Position numbers and translations under genes: made by a program. Below the pieces are notes generated by a model that was not told the origin of the DNA, made no database searches, and saw nothing but the letters and a program-made list of their open reading frames with translations. Below are positions 27,697 through 38,180 of a stretch of 64,000 nt of DNA, in pieces. How positions within the stretch are numbered: the stretch's first letter is position 1; the number at the start of each line of letters is the position of its first letter. Source of the DNA: Candidatus Latescibacterota bacterium (lineage in GTDB: Bacteria > Latescibacterota > UBA2968); contig OZ220741.1 of assembly GCA_965116885.1 (NCBI GenBank), forward strand, positions 320,001 through 384,000. The letters are read 5' to 3'.

Positions 27697-28776
27697 CTAC
27701 GAAAACGCCTGACTCAAATTCTTGCGATGTAAAATAAACCAGATCACAATCGGTGCGCCAATCAGGGACGTCACCGCATTCAGCGGCAAAACAAATTGAC
27801 TACCCGGCAAATGGGCGATCAGATCGGATAGCAGAGCCAGCGTCGCCCCCAGGCAAGTGACCGCAGGCATAAGCACGCGATGATCCGACGTATGCAACAA
27901 ACTACGGCAAAGATGCGGCACAGCCAGACCCAAAAACGCAATCGGACCGCAAAAAGCAGTCGTCGCGCCCGCCAGAATCGACGCACTGACCAAAATCCAT
28001 AAGCGAATACGCTTGACATTCAGCCCCATACTGCGCGCATAATTTTCCCCCAGCAACAGTGCATTGAGCGGCTTAATACACAAAAACGCCAGCAAAAGAC
28101 CCACCAAAATAGCAGAAATGAGCACGGGCATCTGTCGCCAGGTCACACTCCCAAAACTGCCAAAAGTCCACAAAATGTACGACTGGATTTGTTCGGGAAC
28201 ACTAAAATAAATTAGAATACTGACAAAAGCCCCGGTCGCGTACCCAAACATCAACCCCAAAATCAGCAACGTCATCACACTCTGCACACTGCGGGAAACC
28301 AGCAGCACGCACCCCAACACAGCGGCTGCACCCATAATAGCCGCAACCGCCAAACCCAAATCGCCCAGAAAGCCCAACCCCGCGATAAGCACACTACCGA
28401 CCGAACCCACCGTCAGCACCACAATAGCAACGCCGAGACTCGCGCCAGCACTGATACCCAGCACAAAAGGATCAGCCAGCGGATTGCGAAAAAGCGTTTG
28501 CATCTGCAACCCACTCACAGAAAGCGCTGCACCTGCCAGCACTGCGGTAATCGCCTTGGGCAATCGAATTGTATGAACAATAATCGCCCACGCCGGAGAA
28601 GACACTTCTCCGCCCGTAAGAATGCCGAACAAGCCCGCCAACGGAATATGAACGGACCCCAGCGACAAACTCAAGCCGAACGCGATCAGAAGCAGCAAAA
28701 ATAACCCCAGCATAATAACCGCCTGCCGCGATCTCCCCTGCGCTTCATCCTTGTATTGAGCCTCTATACTGTTCAT
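27697..28776 (-). CDS. btuC: FecCD/BtuC ABC permease
   Basis: RLPKA..GAALSVSGLQMQTLFRNPLADPFVLGISAGA, LLLGENYARSMG, GPIAFLGLAVPH. Confidence 0.9.
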   Translation of the reverse strand: MNSIEAQYKDEAQGRSRQAVIMLGLFLLLLIAFGLSLSLGSVHIPLAGLFGILTGGEVSSPAWAIIVHTIRLPKAITAVLAGAALSVSGLQMQTLFRNPLADPFVLGISAGASLGVAIVVLTVGSVGSVLIAGLGFLGDLGLAVAAIMGAAAVLGCVLLVSRSVQSVMTLLILGLMFGYATGAFVSILIYFSVPEQIQSYILWTFGSFGSVTWRQMPVLISAILVGLLLAFLCIKPLNALLLGENYARSMGLNVKRIRLWILVSASILAGATTAFCGPIAFLGLAVPHLCRSLLHTSDHRVLMPAVTCLGATLALLSDLIAHLPGSQFVLPLNAVTSLIGAPIVIWFILHRKNLSQAFS

Positions 28777-28830
28777 CCTCCCATCCTATCAGACAAGAAT
28801 TTTCATCCGCATCCATCTGTTCATCTGCGT

Positions 28831-29832
28831 TCATCTGCGGATACTTTTCAGTGCCGCAATCAAATCGGCAATCGAATCGCATTCCCGAACCACGCCATCG
28901 CGCTCAACACACCAGGCATCCCCTTCCCGAATATCGACACGCCACTCAGCCCCCGCAGCTCCCACTTGAAACCCGGCTCTCTCCAGCGCGCGCCTTGTCC
29001 AATAAGCGCGCCGTCCTTCCCCAGACACAGCAACTGAGGCGTGACCGCGTTGTGCATTGAGCTTAAATGCCCCAGTATCCGCGTCAAAACGCACGCCATC
29101 ACTCTGAAACGCGCCTTCAAATGCGCCATTGAGAATTAAATCCTCAGGTGCGCCAGTCTGCAACGCACCCTCAAACGGCAAAAGATAAATGCGGTCTGCA
29201 CAACGCAGTGCCAGATCCAAGTCGTGCGTTGAAAGCAAAATCGCCTTACCCGTAGAATGTGCCAGATCCTGCAACAAAGCCATAATCTCAGCGCGACGAG
29301 GCAAATCGAGAAAAGCCGTAGGCTCATCCAGAATCATAAGATCTGGCTCCTGCGCCAGCGCGCGTGCAATCATAACCTTTTGACGCTCGCCATCGCTGAG
29401 TTCTGCCACATTGCGATATGCCAAATCCTCAGCGCGAGCTGCCCGAATAGCCCAGGAAACAACCCGTTCATCTTCCTCTGTAAAGCGCCCGATCCAATCC
29501 GTATGGGGATATCGCCCCAGACCGACCAGATCGCGCACGGCCATAATACCAACACCAATCCGATCCGTAAGCACCACGCTGATCACCTGGGCAACTTCTG
29601 TAGCAGACATATCCGCGATATCTCGACCCATAAGACAAACCTGCCCATCGAGCGGCGGCTGCATCCCCACAAGCGTGCGAATAAGCGTGGATTTCCCCGC
29701 ACCATTGGGACCGAGCAAACACACAAACTCACCGCGATGGAGCGACACATCCATATTGTGCGCCACGACGCGAGGCGGACGACGGCCGTATTTGTAACCC
29801 ACAGCGAGATTTTTTGTTTTGAGAATTGCCAC
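28831..29832 (-). CDS. btuD: Cobalamin/siderophore ABC ATP-binding protein
   Basis: GPNGAGKST, LSDGERQK, LDEPTAFLD, STHDL. Confidence 0.9.
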   Translation of the reverse strand: MAILKTKNLAVGYKYGRRPPRVVAHNMDVSLHRGEFVCLLGPNGAGKSTLIRTLVGMQPPLDGQVCLMGRDIADMSATEVAQVISVVLTDRIGVGIMAVRDLVGLGRYPHTDWIGRFTEEDERVVSWAIRAARAEDLAYRNVAELSDGERQKVMIARALAQEPDLMILDEPTAFLDLPRRAEIMALLQDLAHSTGKAILLSTHDLDLALRCADRIYLLPFEGALQTGAPEDLILNGAFEGAFQSDGVRFDADTGAFKLNAQRGHASVAVSGEGRRAYWTRRALERAGFQVGAAGAEWRVDIREGDAWCVERDGVVRECDSIADLIAALKSIRR

Positions 29833-29849
29833 CCTGCACCTCTGTCAAA

Positions 29850-30101
29850 TCATTTCAAAAGTCCAAGACGCTTAAGGTCTTCCTCTTCCCACTGAACTTG
29901 TCGCTCAATGATTGATTTGAGCGTACCGACAGCAAAGGTCTGATTCATATTGTGGAGATGAATAGTCGTCATTCTCCCATCTGGGTGAACAAAAAAACGG
30001 GTCGCGCCTTTTCTTCTGTACTCACGGAACCCGTCTCTTGTTATTGCTCGTATCAATCTGCGTGCTGTCAGTGAACGAAGCCTGCTATAATCAATCGCCA
30101 T
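29850..30101 (-). CDS. hicA: HicA-family toxin
   Basis: LTARRLIRAI.RDGF...R.KG...F.HPDGR..TI..H...GTL.SII. Confidence 0.8.
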   Translation of the reverse strand: MAIDYSRLRSLTARRLIRAITRDGFREYRRKGATRFFVHPDGRMTTIHLHNMNQTFAVGTLKSIIERQVQWEEEDLKRLGLLK

Positions 30102-30102
30102 A

Positions 30103-30372
30103 TCAGATAGCTACAGTGACCAGAGGAACATCGCTAACCTGAATCTGTGAAGATGGCTCAGAAGGGATCTCTTCGCCATTCTCCAGCAGATACGCAACAA
30201 GAAGATCAACAGCGTTTTCCAAATTCTCTAACGCCTCTTTCTCAGTATATCCCCAACTCGCAGCCCCTCTATGTTCCAACGCGGGAATATAAGCTCTCCA
30301 GACCGCTTTCGCATCCGGCTCATCGGGCCACTTGTCTTTCTCTAAGACAGCCTTAAATAAATAAGTTTTCAT
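30103..30372 (-). CDS. hicB: HicB-family antitoxin, short (no DNA-binding domain)
   Basis: AYIPAL..GAASWGYTEKEALENLENAV..L.ENGEEIP. Confidence 0.85.
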   Translation of the reverse strand: MKTYLFKAVLEKDKWPDEPDAKAVWRAYIPALEHRGAASWGYTEKEALENLENAVDLLVAYLLENGEEIPSEPSSQIQVSDVPLVTVAI

Positions 30373-30403
30373 ATCTTTGTCCTCAGAGTGTTTTTATTTA
30401 CTA

Positions 30404-31993
30404 CTATTTTGTCAGCAACATCTTGCGCGTGACCACATCTGTCCCTGCCTGCAGACGATACACATACATACCCGTACTCACCTGACGCCCAGCAGCGTCA
30501 CGTCCATCCCACACAACCGTATAATTTCCCGCGGACTGGAACTGCTGAACCAGCAACCGAATTTCCTGACCCAGTACATTGTAGATCGCCAATCGAACAT
30601 TCACTGCATCGCCCAAAGAATAGCGAATAGTCGTCGCTGGATTAAACGGATTCGGATGATTCTGATCCAATGAAGCCGTAAAAGGATTGATAAAGCGCAC
30701 ATCACCGTTCAAATTGACCTCATAAGTCACACGGCTTCCGGGCATTATTGGAATACTGGACCACCTCGCAATGATCCCACCACCTGCCGAACGCACGCGC
30801 GCCTGATACATGCCATTCACACGCCTCTGGTCATCCGCCATCACCCTCACCACAGCACGACCCATCTCATCTGTCGTATTATGCCACGCATAATTAGGCA
30901 CGCGACCGGCAATCGAGCGAGAAACCTCCACCGTCAAACCGCTCACATCGCCATCGCCTACAACCTGTACATCCACCAGACCGGCACCCTCGAACGCCGT
31001 ATCGGACTCCAGATAAATACCAGCGCCCACGATAAAAATCCGACCAAAGATATTAAGCGGGATCACGTAGCTCAGCTTGGGCGATTGGGTATCTTCATCT
31101 CCTTCTATCGCCGGATTGTCCCAATAATACTTGACAAAACCGCCCCCCGCTGTCGCCGTCGCGATAATCTCCTGCACAATTTTGACCCCATTAACATCTT
31201 CGACATCAATCATATTCTCCCCATAGGAACTCGGGTCAGCGGTCCCGTGAAAGATCAATACACCACTGGTATCTATCACAAAAATGTAGATCGAACCATG
31301 CTTGAAATCCTCTCCCTCGGTCCTGATTGCAGCCTGAACAGTTGCCAGATAGGGATAACCCTTTTCCTCAATAATGGGAACCAGAACCCTCAAACCCTCT
31401 ACAAAAGCCTTCAGAGTTTCCTTATCCACCACATCACGGGCTGTTACCTCCAGAATATCAAAGATATTTGGCTCGGCATCAACGCCGGACAAATCCATAT
31501 AAAAGCCAGCAGCTACGATCAACTCGAGACCGCGTATAGTAACCGGAGCAGCGTAAGTCAGCTTGGGCGAATCGGCATCTTCTTCCACTGCCGGATCATC
31601 CCAATAATACGCGACAAAACCGCCGCCGCCAGCGGCTGCGGCGAGCATCTCCTGGACAACCTTAACGCCTCTGGCATCTTCGAGATCAAGGACGTTTTTA
31701 TCCTCAAACGTCACATCGCCCCCGTGAAATTGCACGAGACCCTCGGAAGTCAATACCACGAGATACATCGAACCGGCCTTCCAATCTCCCTCGCTCCTGA
31801 ACACCTCCACTAATCTCGAGACCTCAGCAAAGTTAGCAGCGTTCTCTAAGGAATCCTTTGCCCCCTCGACAAAAGCTTTCAGAGTCTCCCGGTCCACCAC
31901 CTCACTCGCCGTTACCTTCATATCCTGAGCAATGGTGGGACGCGCGACAAAAAAGAGACTGGTCAGCCCCAAAATAATTATCAAATATTTCAC
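30404..31993 (-). CDS. Secreted protein with two single-Cache domains and a C-terminal FlgD-Ig/secretion-tail domain
   Basis: Signal peptide. Twice TA..VVD.ETLKAFVEG..GS.Y..G...FHG..ED..GVK.VQE..A...GGGFV.YYWD.PA.E.D..SPKL.Y. Tail LDQNHPNPFNPATTIRY..IYNVLGQ..WDGRD..GMYVYRL..TRKMLLTK. Confidence 0.85.
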   Translation of the reverse strand: MKYLIIILGLTSLFFVARPTIAQDMKVTASEVVDRETLKAFVEGAKDSLENAANFAEVSRLVEVFRSEGDWKAGSMYLVVLTSEGLVQFHGGDVTFEDKNVLDLEDARGVKVVQEMLAAAAGGGGFVAYYWDDPAVEEDADSPKLTYAAPVTIRGLELIVAAGFYMDLSGVDAEPNIFDILEVTARDVVDKETLKAFVEGLRVLVPIIEEKGYPYLATVQAAIRTEGEDFKHGSIYIFVIDTSGVLIFHGTADPSSYGENMIDVEDVNGVKIVQEIIATATAGGGFVKYYWDNPAIEGDEDTQSPKLSYVIPLNIFGRIFIVGAGIYLESDTAFEGAGLVDVQVVGDGDVSGLTVEVSRSIAGRVPNYAWHNTTDEMGRAVVRVMADDQRRVNGMYQARVRSAGGGIIARWSSIPIMPGSRVTYEVNLNGDVRFINPFTASLDQNHPNPFNPATTIRYSLGDAVNVRLAIYNVLGQEIRLLVQQFQSAGNYTVVWDGRDAAGRQVSTGMYVYRLQAGTDVVTRKMLLTK

Positions 31994-32040
31994 AATAGCC
32001 CCTCCCTGTAGAATTGCTACAAAAAAATAGGTGTGTGAAC

Positions 32041-32994
32041 TCAGAAAGTCAATAAAACCGCCAGCCCTGTCGCGAGCAAACAGGTAATAATCACAAAAAC
32101 ACACATACGGCGCATATCTCCGGGCTGGCCGCCCTCTGGATCATCCCCATCGCCCAACCAGAGATCTGTAACCTGCGTCCCACCCTGCCAAACAGGACCG
32201 ACCAATCGCCTCTGCAAAGCGCCTGCAGCCGCAGCTTCGCTCCAACCGGAATTTGGCCCCGGAACAAGCGCGTGTTGCCGCCACCCGATAAGCAATGCCT
32301 TGCGGGCGGAACACCCGGGTATGAAAAACGCCACCAGCACCATACCCAAATACGTCAAACGCGCGGGAATAAAATTGAGCACATCGTCCAGCCGCGCCCC
32401 ACACCAGCCAAAATAGCGATATTGCGGCGTCTTAAACCCCACCATAGAATCCATCGTACTGACCACCTTAAAAAACACAACACCCGGCAACCCCAGTATA
32501 GCGTACCAAAAAACGGGCGACACAAAACCATCCACAGCATTCTCGCTCAAACTCTCCATACCCGCACGCCGGCAAGCCGCAAAATCCATCACATCGGTAT
32601 CGCGTCCCACAAGCATAGATGCAGCCTCGCGCGCGCGCGCCAGATCAGCAGCGCGATCAATCGCCAACCCGTGCTTGCACAAATCTTTGAGCGCAAGCAT
32701 AGAGTACAAAATAAAAACCTGAAAAATCCAACCCACCTCAGATTGGACATAATACAACACAAAAACCAATGCACAGACAACCCCCACCCAAAACGCAGAC
32801 AACAAAAAAAACAGCAAACACCCCCCCGCATAACCATCCAAACGCAAACCGCGAAGCACCCGCTCAAAAAAAGACAGCGTCGCACCCATCAAACGAATGG
32901 GATGCAACGCATAAACAGGATCGCCAAAAAGACCATCCAAAACAACCGCACAAAGGAGCAAAACCGGATCTGGCCTAAGAATTGTTATGTCCAT
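32041..32994 (-). CDS. cbiB: Adenosylcobinamide-phosphate synthase
   Basis: LDGLFGDP..HPI, LVGRDT, ESLSEN..DG, TMDSMVG, ARLDDVLNFIPARL, PNSGWSEAAAAGAL. Confidence 0.93.
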   Translation of the reverse strand: MDITILRPDPVLLLCAVVLDGLFGDPVYALHPIRLMGATLSFFERVLRGLRLDGYAGGCLLFFLLSAFWVGVVCALVFVLYYVQSEVGWIFQVFILYSMLALKDLCKHGLAIDRAADLARAREAASMLVGRDTDVMDFAACRRAGMESLSENAVDGFVSPVFWYAILGLPGVVFFKVVSTMDSMVGFKTPQYRYFGWCGARLDDVLNFIPARLTYLGMVLVAFFIPGCSARKALLIGWRQHALVPGPNSGWSEAAAAGALQRRLVGPVWQGGTQVTDLWLGDGDDPEGGQPGDMRRMCVFVIITCLLATGLAVLLTF

Positions 32995-34103
32995 TTCAAA
33001 CGCCATCCCAGCGCAAATGCATCGTAAACGACCTCCAAAAATGCGTTTTCATCCACGCGCAACTGCTCGTAACACGACAACCAGACATCTGGTCTCGCCG
33101 CCAGCGAAGTCGCCAATATCGCTGCCTGCTGGCGCAACACCGGATCTGCCATTGCATGTGAAAGCGTCCCATACCGCACCCGATCCCAAACCGCTGCAAA
33201 CCCATACGCCGCCGCCGAAACGCGCGGTTCGTAAACAACAGACTTGAGATTCTTCTTTAACAACGCAAAATCACCCGCTTTGAGCCGTCTCTCCATCGCC
33301 TGCAAAAAACGATCTTCTCTAAACCCAAACCGCTGCAACGCATGAAAAACACTACGCGTATAAGACCCTTCCAAACCATTTTGCCATCGCAATGCCTCCA
33401 GCGTGGCCCTGCGCACAGACTTGCCGATCAACTCGCCCAATTTTGCGTGATGCCCCGCATTGGTCTTGGGCACTCTCGTCTTATCCAGAGGCGCGGCAAT
33501 ACAGTACTGATCAGTCCCCGTACCCGTTGCGAGATCCTGAGAATAGCGACTCGAAACAGCGAGATCGCGAAGCGCGGCAGACTTCCCCTCGGTCATCGTC
33601 ACCACTGCCCGCGCCATAGCCCCTGGCGCAAGCGGCCAATTGATCAACACCATCGCATTGATCGTCCCCTCATGGAGATGGCGCCATCCCGCATCCTCCT
33701 CGTGCCAACTCGCCCCATCGCCCGCACACCCCGCATTGCCCTCAACACCCGCGGTAACAACTGCACACACGCGCAACTCGGCATGCGTATCCACAACGCG
33801 AGCCGCATAATTCATATTCGCAGCCGTACCCATCAGCGCAACCGCATCCGGCGACAAACCGCGTTCTCCGCATACATGGCGATGATAGCCCACCTCGCCG
33901 AGTTGCTTAATCAACGCAAAACGCGCATCGTGCCCATTGCCCTCACAACTCTGGTGATTCACCAGATATCGGACACCCTCACACAAACCACCGCGATATG
34001 CCGACGTACTCATCACCTGATGCGGCACCAGCAATTCCGCGATCAAAAAACGCCCATCGCGCTTCAAATCGTAATATTCATGCCGATCGATAAACTCACC
34101 CAT
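32985..34103 (-). CDS. cbiZ: Adenosylcobinamide amidohydrolase
   Basis: MGTAANM, VTAGVEGNA, GTIN, VTMTEGKSAAL, ATGTGTDQ, AGHHAKLGELIG. Confidence 0.9.
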   Translation of the reverse strand: MGEFIDRHEYYDLKRDGRFLIAELLVPHQVMSTSAYRGGLCEGVRYLVNHQSCEGNGHDARFALIKQLGEVGYHRHVCGERGLSPDAVALMGTAANMNYAARVVDTHAELRVCAVVTAGVEGNAGCAGDGASWHEEDAGWRHLHEGTINAMVLINWPLAPGAMARAVVTMTEGKSAALRDLAVSSRYSQDLATGTGTDQYCIAAPLDKTRVPKTNAGHHAKLGELIGKSVRRATLEALRWQNGLEGSYTRSVFHALQRFGFREDRFLQAMERRLKAGDFALLKKNLKSVVYEPRVSAAAYGFAAVWDRVRYGTLSHAMADPVLRQQAAILATSLAARPDVWLSCYEQLRVDENAFLEVVYDAFALGWRLKWT

Positions 34104-34104
34104 C

Positions 34105-34665
34105 TCAAAAATCAATCCCGGGTTGCGCAACAATACCCTGATCACTAAACGGATGCTTAATCTCCCGCATCTCGGTCACCATATCGGCAAAATCAACCAA
34201 CGCATCTGGCGCATCGCGCCCCGTAATAATCACATGCAACATCTCGGGCTTGTGTTCCCGCAGCCAATCCACCACCTCTGTTGCATCCAACCATCCAAAA
34301 GCCATCAAATACGTAAACTCATCCAGAATAAACAGATCGTAATTCCCGCTAACAATCCGCTCCTGCGCCACTTCCCAACCGCGCAATGCCCGAGCCTGTG
34401 TCTCATCGATATCCTTACTCGTCCACGTCCACCCATCACCCGTACCAATCCAATCAATCTCCATGCGCCTGGCCGCGCGAATCTCGCCAAAATTGGCATT
34501 CTCGTGCTTCAAAAACTGAATTACGCCCACGTGCATCTTGCGCCCCCATGCGCGGGTCATCACCCCCAGCGCCGCAGTGGTCTTGCCCTTGCCATCTCCG
34601 GTATTGACCATCACCAGACCCTTTTTCACATGCCGCTTGCGCTCTGTCTCTTTTTTGGCACTCAT
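34105..34665 (-). CDS. cobO: Cob(I)yrinic acid a,c-diamide adenosyltransferase (CobO/BtuR)
   Basis: [50 protein letters not shown]. Confidence 0.95.
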   Translation of the reverse strand: MSAKKETERKRHVKKGLVMVNTGDGKGKTTAALGVMTRAWGRKMHVGVIQFLKHENANFGEIRAARRMEIDWIGTGDGWTWTSKDIDETQARALRGWEVAQERIVSGNYDLFILDEFTYLMAFGWLDATEVVDWLREHKPEMLHVIITGRDAPDALVDFADMVTEMREIKHPFSDQGIVAQPGIDF

Positions 34666-34728
34666 AGCAACCTCTCTTTTGGATCGCGGATTACGCGGAT
34701 GAACGGATGAACGCGGATAAAGGTTAAT

Positions 34729-35955
34729 TCATTCCCCTTCAAATTCCGAAACAAAAATCAGAAAATCGGGAAAATCGACCGAACCATTGCCATTCAAATC
34801 GAACATGGTCGCTGATTTCCCAAACGCGGAAGCAAAAGCCAAAAAATCGCTAAAATCAACCACACAATCGCCATTAAAATCAGCCACACTGCCCACAAAT
34901 GCAATACTCGCGGGGGGTAGCCCCGTACTGATCGGACCAGCCACAAGCGCATCCGTCTTCACGTCATAAACCCGCACCCCTGCAGATGCCGGATCCGCAA
35001 AACTCCCTTGATCCAAAACGTACAACCGTCCCCCGAATACCCCCAGACTCGGCACAAATCCCCCAGACAGACCATCCAGAGGTGATGAAACAGACTGCAT
35101 CCCCAAACCGAATCGTTTGACGATATTGGCAAAACTCGCATCTAAAACAACGACATACCCCTCATCATCCGAAACCATCGCCAGAGAACTCAGATTGCCA
35201 CCCAAAGCCATCTCACCAAGAACAACGCCTTCGCTCCTCAAATTTGTCAGATCAATCACCTCAATCCCGCCATCCGTCAAATCATCAAACGTATTGACCG
35301 CACTCAAAAACCACTTACTCCCTCGCTGCACTGCACCCGCGGGATTCTTACCCGCCATCACAATCCCCTGCACACCCGCTGTATTTGCATCCACATCCAC
35401 CACCTGATCCGTCATCACATCGACAACCGCAATCACCGAAACATCCGTCGGCACCCACCCATTATCTCGATCCAGCCGCTGACACGCCGCAAACAAATAA
35501 TTGCCGTACAACGCGAACTGAGATACTTCGGGCAAACCATCTGCATCCGCAAAACCCGATAAATCTACCGCACCCAAGGAATCGCCCGTAACCGGATTGA
35601 CAATCAACACTTGCGTGCGCCCATACCGAGAAATATACGCTTTCTCCTCGCTGACAAAAGCCATATCGTGAGGATTTGAACCATTGCCCGTCGAATACTG
35701 CGTCAACGGCGTCTTCAGATCACTGTGATTCAAAACAAGCACATTATCCTGTCCCAGACGATTGATAATATACACCTTATCCCGATACGTCCTCACCGTC
35801 GCATCCGAGTGAATAGTCAAATGATCATTTGTTGCCGTATTTGTACTCAGATCCAGACTCGAAAAACTACCACTGCTATAATCCGTCGTCGTAATAACTG
35901 CTTGATTCGCCAGTACATCTGTTGCAAAAAACAGAACAACTAAAAACCACCTCAT
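34729..35955 (-). CDS. Secreted beta-propeller (BtuG/YncE-like) with C-terminal dockerin/EF-hand-like domain
   Basis: VYIINRLGQDN, NPHDMAFVSEEKAYISRY, QRLDR, TGLPP. Tail DFNGDCVVDFSDFLAF..FDLNGNGSVDFPDFLIF. Confidence 0.75.
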   Translation of the reverse strand: MRWFLVVLFFATDVLANQAVITTTDYSSGSFSSLDLSTNTATNDHLTIHSDATVRTYRDKVYIINRLGQDNVLVLNHSDLKTPLTQYSTGNGSNPHDMAFVSEEKAYISRYGRTQVLIVNPVTGDSLGAVDLSGFADADGLPEVSQFALYGNYLFAACQRLDRDNGWVPTDVSVIAVVDVMTDQVVDVDANTAGVQGIVMAGKNPAGAVQRGSKWFLSAVNTFDDLTDGGIEVIDLTNLRSEGVVLGEMALGGNLSSLAMVSDDEGYVVVLDASFANIVKRFGLGMQSVSSPLDGLSGGFVPSLGVFGGRLYVLDQGSFADPASAGVRVYDVKTDALVAGPISTGLPPASIAFVGSVADFNGDCVVDFSDFLAFASAFGKSATMFDLNGNGSVDFPDFLIFVSEFEGE

Positions 35956-35981
35956 TACATCCTCCTATATTAAAAATTTAC

Positions 35982-38177
35982 TTAATCTGCATTCACACTC
36001 ACAAAAAACGCGCGGCCCGGCAGCGGATAACCCCAGGTATCGGCTATTTGTGCCCCGGTTAAATTTTTAACCTCCAATCCAATGTGAAACCGCAGCCCCG
36101 TATCCACCTTCACACCCGCATTGTGAACATGCCGCGATAATAACGGGCGTCGATTTGCCTGATCGAGAAAATTGCCATCTTCAAACGCATAGTCGTAAAA
36201 CGCAGTACAGCGTCCCAGACGCATCGTCGCGCGAACAAACAGCGCGTGGGGCGGGCGATTGGGCAATATATTACCAGCCAAATGGGGAATATCAGACACA
36301 TCTCTGGCTCTTTGATACGTATAATTACCCGACAAATTCACCCGAGAACCAAAGCGTCTCTGCGCGGTCATCTCAAACCCATACACACGCGCTTTGCCAA
36401 TATTAACCGGACGCGACGTAGCCTGTGACGTATGCACAAACTGGATCAAATCTTCATAGCGATGGTCAAAAAACGCGCCTTCCAAAGTGGTCGTCCCATC
36501 TGCATAACGCAGACCCGCATCCCAGGTCAAACCATACTCGGGCCTGAGATTGACATTGCCGACCACACCGCCGCGATCGCCAAAAAGCTCGTAAAAAGAA
36601 GGCACTCGAAATATTCGTCCCGCATTGGCCTTAAACATCAGATGAGATGACAGATCCAACCGCACCCCCGAACGCAAACTGGTCAGATCGCGCGTATTGG
36701 CCGAATCGGGCGCGAGCGGCGAAAAATTAAAAGGATTGGCACCCGTAAACGAACTGTATATCCGCCGCTGCTCTGCGCCAAAAGACCAGATCCCAATCTC
36801 GCCTGGCAGCGAAATATCGAGACCTGTGCGCGCGACAAAAACCCACCGCTGACTATCGAACAAATTGGAGGTGGACCGAAGACGCGCCGTCGGCAAATAA
36901 GTCTCCCTGTGCAACCCAATCGCAGCCGCAATATCACAGCGCGAAAACAAAACCGTTTGCACACGACCCTGCCACCCATAAGTGCGCGTACGATAATCGT
37001 TATCCTGGCGACCAATCCCAACTTCGCCATCCAGATCGCGGAACCGCTCTTTGACATGCGTGACATAAAGCGATTGTCGCATATTCATGCCCCGCAACAG
37101 AACGCGATCTTCATAAGCGACCTCCGTCATCGTCTGGAATGCGTCCAGATGTGCATTCTGAGACTGATTATTGCTAATACCGGGCATGCCCTGATATTTC
37201 CAGTACGCGGACTCGTGGATGGATAAAATTCTATCCTCCCCAAAAGCGCGACGCCATTTGCCCAACAGATTGAAAGACCGGTGATCGTTATTCTGACGCC
37301 TGCTCCAAACATCGTCATCGACATTGTATTCCGTGCCATTATCATCGAGAAATCCAAAATCGTTATCGCTATGTGCATAATCGGCCACAACGAGAAACTC
37401 CGACTGACCAAACCCGCCCGCGAACACGCCACTCAACAACCGCGTATCAAAAGCACCCCACGCCCCTCGAATCCCGTGAAACCATCGCCTCTGCGTCCGC
37501 CGCGTACGCACATGCACCGTGCCCCCCAGACCATTGCCGCCGGCACCTGCACCGCGATACACCTCAATCTGCCCGACGTGAGCCAAAGGCAAATTGCTGA
37601 GATCTACCCCCCCGCCAAAAGCTGTATTGAGCAAAATGCCATCGAGATAGACCTCAACCTGATCGGCTGATGAACCCCGCAACGAAAGCGTGCTAAAAGT
37701 ACCCAACCCACCCAAGCGTTTGACATGCACACCCGTAGCTTCAGCCAACACATCGGGCAAAGACATCTCCCGACCCTCAAAACTCTCGCGCGTAATAACA
37801 GTCGCATACGCCGGATTCTTGTGAATATCACTGGCACCTATCGGATCGGCAATCACCGAAAATTCATCGAGAGAAAGCGTCCTATGAGACAGCGCAATAA
37901 ACACCTCAGCCGCCTCGACCACCTGAACCGTGCGTCGCCCTACCTCATAAGCCACATGTGTCATGACGACCGTATAAGAACCGGGCATCAGATCGGCAAA
38001 AGCAAAGTGCCCATCCCCATCCGTCTGCGTCACAAAATCCGTATTGAGAATACTAACACGCACACTTGCGATGGGCATTCGGGTCTCTGCATCGGTAACG
38101 CGACCAACAATCTCCGCTCCCCAAAGCGGCGTATTCGCGCAGAAAATCAAAAAAACTAAAAAACGCATCGTTTTCAT
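35982..38177 (-). CDS. btuB: TonB-dependent cobalamin receptor
   Basis: Plug GVHVKRLGGLG..SLRGSSADQVEVYLDG, FRVPSFYELFG..GN.NL.PE, GYPLPGR. Located in a cobalamin-riboswitch operon. Confidence 0.88.
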   Translation of the reverse strand: MKTMRFLVFLIFCANTPLWGAEIVGRVTDAETRMPIASVRVSILNTDFVTQTDGDGHFAFADLMPGSYTVVMTHVAYEVGRRTVQVVEAAEVFIALSHRTLSLDEFSVIADPIGASDIHKNPAYATVITRESFEGREMSLPDVLAEATGVHVKRLGGLGTFSTLSLRGSSADQVEVYLDGILLNTAFGGGVDLSNLPLAHVGQIEVYRGAGAGGNGLGGTVHVRTRRTQRRWFHGIRGAWGAFDTRLLSGVFAGGFGQSEFLVVADYAHSDNDFGFLDDNGTEYNVDDDVWSRRQNNDHRSFNLLGKWRRAFGEDRILSIHESAYWKYQGMPGISNNQSQNAHLDAFQTMTEVAYEDRVLLRGMNMRQSLYVTHVKERFRDLDGEVGIGRQDNDYRTRTYGWQGRVQTVLFSRCDIAAAIGLHRETYLPTARLRSTSNLFDSQRWVFVARTGLDISLPGEIGIWSFGAEQRRIYSSFTGANPFNFSPLAPDSANTRDLTSLRSGVRLDLSSHLMFKANAGRIFRVPSFYELFGDRGGVVGNVNLRPEYGLTWDAGLRYADGTTTLEGAFFDHRYEDLIQFVHTSQATSRPVNIGKARVYGFEMTAQRRFGSRVNLSGNYTYQRARDVSDIPHLAGNILPNRPPHALFVRATMRLGRCTAFYDYAFEDGNFLDQANRRPLLSRHVHNAGVKVDTGLRFHIGLEVKNLTGAQIADTWGYPLPGRAFFVSVNAD

Positions 38178-38180
38178 AAG

